Below, one piece after another: positions 62,001 through 64,000 of a DNA stretch of 64,000 bases. The DNA is from Octopus vulgaris (lineage: Eukaryota). The position numbers and the translations under genes are program-made. Position 1 is the first letter of the stretch, and each line of letters starts with the position of its first letter. Location of the stretch: NCBI GenBank assembly GCA_951406725.2, contig OX597830.1, positions 11,160,001 through 11,224,000 on the forward strand, in the 5' to 3' direction. The notes beneath the pieces were generated by a model. The model was not told the origin of the DNA. It searched no databases and was given only the letters and a program-made list of their open reading frames with translations.

Positions 62001-62210
62001 CTGATGCAAGAAAAAGTGAAAAAATTTGTTTACAGTTAGATCCCTTCCTTCCCCTCCTCTGCCTATTATTCGTGGCACAAGTATGATATTGCTTGACCTC
62101 CCATGAAGTAGAGGGCTGAGGAGAGGACATAGAAGAGGCTTGGGTGGAGTCGAAATAAATTTGGTGTTCATATTCTATGTTTGTACTTTCCACTTCACAT
62201 CGCATCACAG
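59050..62210 (-). mobile_element. Decayed non-LTR retrotransposon with restriction-like endonuclease (CRE-like)
   Basis: Minus strand RDGKHPERTTLFPYEGGKSLI*DVTCSNT (PD..D RLE motif), upstream Cys/His knuckle remnant, CFSLPQLHFLL. Confidence 0.65.
61241..61469 (-). mobile_element. SINE family I nested in the CRE-like element
   Basis: Full-length reverse copy; flanks TTACAAAACTTAA / TTACAAAACTGAA. Confidence 0.9.
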
Positions 62211-62212
62211 TG

Positions 62213-62866
62213 TATTCTGAGCCTTGTTATATAGGTCATATTCTGAGCCTTGTTATATAGGTCATATTCTGAGCCTTGTTATATAGGTCATATTCTGAGC
62301 CTTGTTATATAGGTCATATTCTGAGCCTTGTTATATAGGTCATATTCTGAGCCTTGTTATATAGGTCATATTCTGTGCCTTGTTATATAGGTCATATTCT
62401 GAGCCTTGTTATATAGGTCATATTCTGATCCTTGTTATATAGGTCATATTCTGAGCCTTGTTATATAGGTCATATTCTGAGCCTTGTTGTATAGGTCATA
62501 TTCTGATCCTTGTTATATAGGTCATATTCTGAGCCTTGTTGTATAAGTCATATTCTGAGCCTTGTTATATAGGTCATATTCTGATCCTTGTTATATAGGT
62601 CATATTCTGAGCCTTGTTATATAGGTCATATTCTGAGCCTTGTTATATAGGTCATATTCTGATCCTTGTTATATAGGTCATATTCTGAGCCTTGTTATAT
62701 AGGTCATATTCTGATCCTTGTTATATAGGTCATATTCTGAGCCTTGTTATATAGGTCATATTCTGAGCCTTGTTATATAGGCCATATTCTGAGCCTTGTT
62801 ATATAGGTCATATTCTGAGCCTTGTTATATAGGTCATATTCTGAGCCTTGTTAAATAGGTCATATT
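62213..62866. repeat. 26-bp minisatellite, 25 units
   Basis: TATTCTGAGCCTTGTTATATAGGTCA repeated with few variants. Confidence 0.97.
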
Positions 62867-63380
62867 TTCTGTCACTCCAGCAACCATGTCATGTTGTCTG
62901 CATTGAATACAGACAATGTTGAGCAGTCTAACTTGTGCTGATCTTACTGTAGGACTGTCTGACCACTATAGTCTTTGGCATGTTTATATGTGTTTTATGT
63001 GTGTTTGTGTTTTATTTGTGTGTATAACTGAATCTGTGTGTTTGCGTGAGTATCCTCTTGTTTAATTTGTGTGTAATGTATTCAAATATCGTTATAGGTG
63101 TCCCCTTATCAAAATCGTAGCAACTCCAGCCAACCAGATGGTACTTGCTCCTTCATACCAATCCAACTGCCAGATTTCTACCAAGTCATCAGAAATATAC
63201 ATTGATGTATGCCAGTCTCAGACTAATGTTACTGGTGTAAACATGATGTATAAAGTAGACTGTGAGTATTATTAATCTTTCTACTTATTTCAATATCAAC
63301 ATTTATATTCACGACTCTATATTGCCACATCTACATCATGTGATGGTTTAATGGGATACCCCACTGCCATTCAATGACTG

Positions 63381-63544
63381 AGTGGCTGTGTGGTAAGTAG
63401 CTTGCTAACCAACCGCATGGTTCCGGGTTCAGTCCCACTGCGTGGCATCTTGGGCAAGTGTCTTCTGCTATGGCCCCGGGCCGACCAATGCCTTGTGAGT
63501 GGATTTGGTAGATGGAAACAGAAAAGAAGCCCGTCGTATATATG

Positions 63545-63575
<31 letters not shown>

Positions 63576-63779
63576 TTGTGTGTCTGTGTTTGTCCCCCTA
63601 GCATTGCTTGACAACCGATGCTGGTGTGTTTACGTCCCCATCACCTAGCGGTTCGGCAAAAGAGACCGATGGAATAAGTACTGGGCTTACAAAGAATAAG
63701 TCCCGGGGTCGATTTGCTCGACTAAAGGCGGTGCTCCAGCATGGCCGCAGTCACATGACTGGAACAAGTAAAAGAGAAT
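63381..63779 (+). mobile_element. tRNA-derived SINE family III, near full length
   Basis: TGGCTGTGTGGT A-box, GGTTCAGTCCC B-box, internal (TA)/(TG) tract, GTAAAAGAG tail. Confidence 0.9.
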
Positions 63780-64000
63780 AATCTAATGGTATTTGAAAGT
63801 AGCATGGTTCCAGTGGTTGTGAATGGTTGCTAGAATAAAGGTAACTGGTTCTGATATGTGATAGAAGTGGATAGTGGTTAGCATGAAGTTGGTCAAATTT
63901 TCAGGAACATATGAAGGTATTGGATGATACCTAGAGTGGTTCAAGTGGTTTACACAAAGGTTAAGTAGGCTGGCTAGAAACTGTTGGTTAGTCCCAGGTC

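Overview
AT-rich, repeat-dense eukaryotic DNA. Its SINE families and microsatellite style suggest a coleoid cephalopod (Octopus-like); this is an inference. The only confident host gene content is the last three coding exons of an acetyl-CoA transporter (SLC33A1/AT-1) on the + strand (2587-6790). A few isolated splice-bounded mini-exons may belong to a second + strand transcript. The rest is a mosaic of decayed and nested transposons: tRNA-SINEs, RTE, CR1-type, Tx1/L1-type and CRE-type LINEs, Gypsy-like LTR pieces, hAT, Tigger, mariner, a Merlin-like MITE, and many non-autonomous Helitrons. Most ORFs in the track are spurious or are TE fragments. Main observations: (1) about eight type-I hammerhead-ribozyme motifs of Penelope/retrozyme style, including an inverted pair in a ~490-bp fold-back in the last SLC33A1 intron and a G3-C8 covariant core; (2) a 39-bp minisatellite that is a tandem array of tRNA-Trp primer-binding sites abutting an LTR; (3) a head-to-tail concatemer of six Helitron units with shuffled ends; (4) a TSD-flanked, internally deleted Tx1/L1-type element sharing its 3' tail with the dominant SINE; (5) a 4.6-kb GT...AG-bounded insert whose removal restores a hAT transposase frame. 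All calls were made by eye; no searches or folding computations were run.
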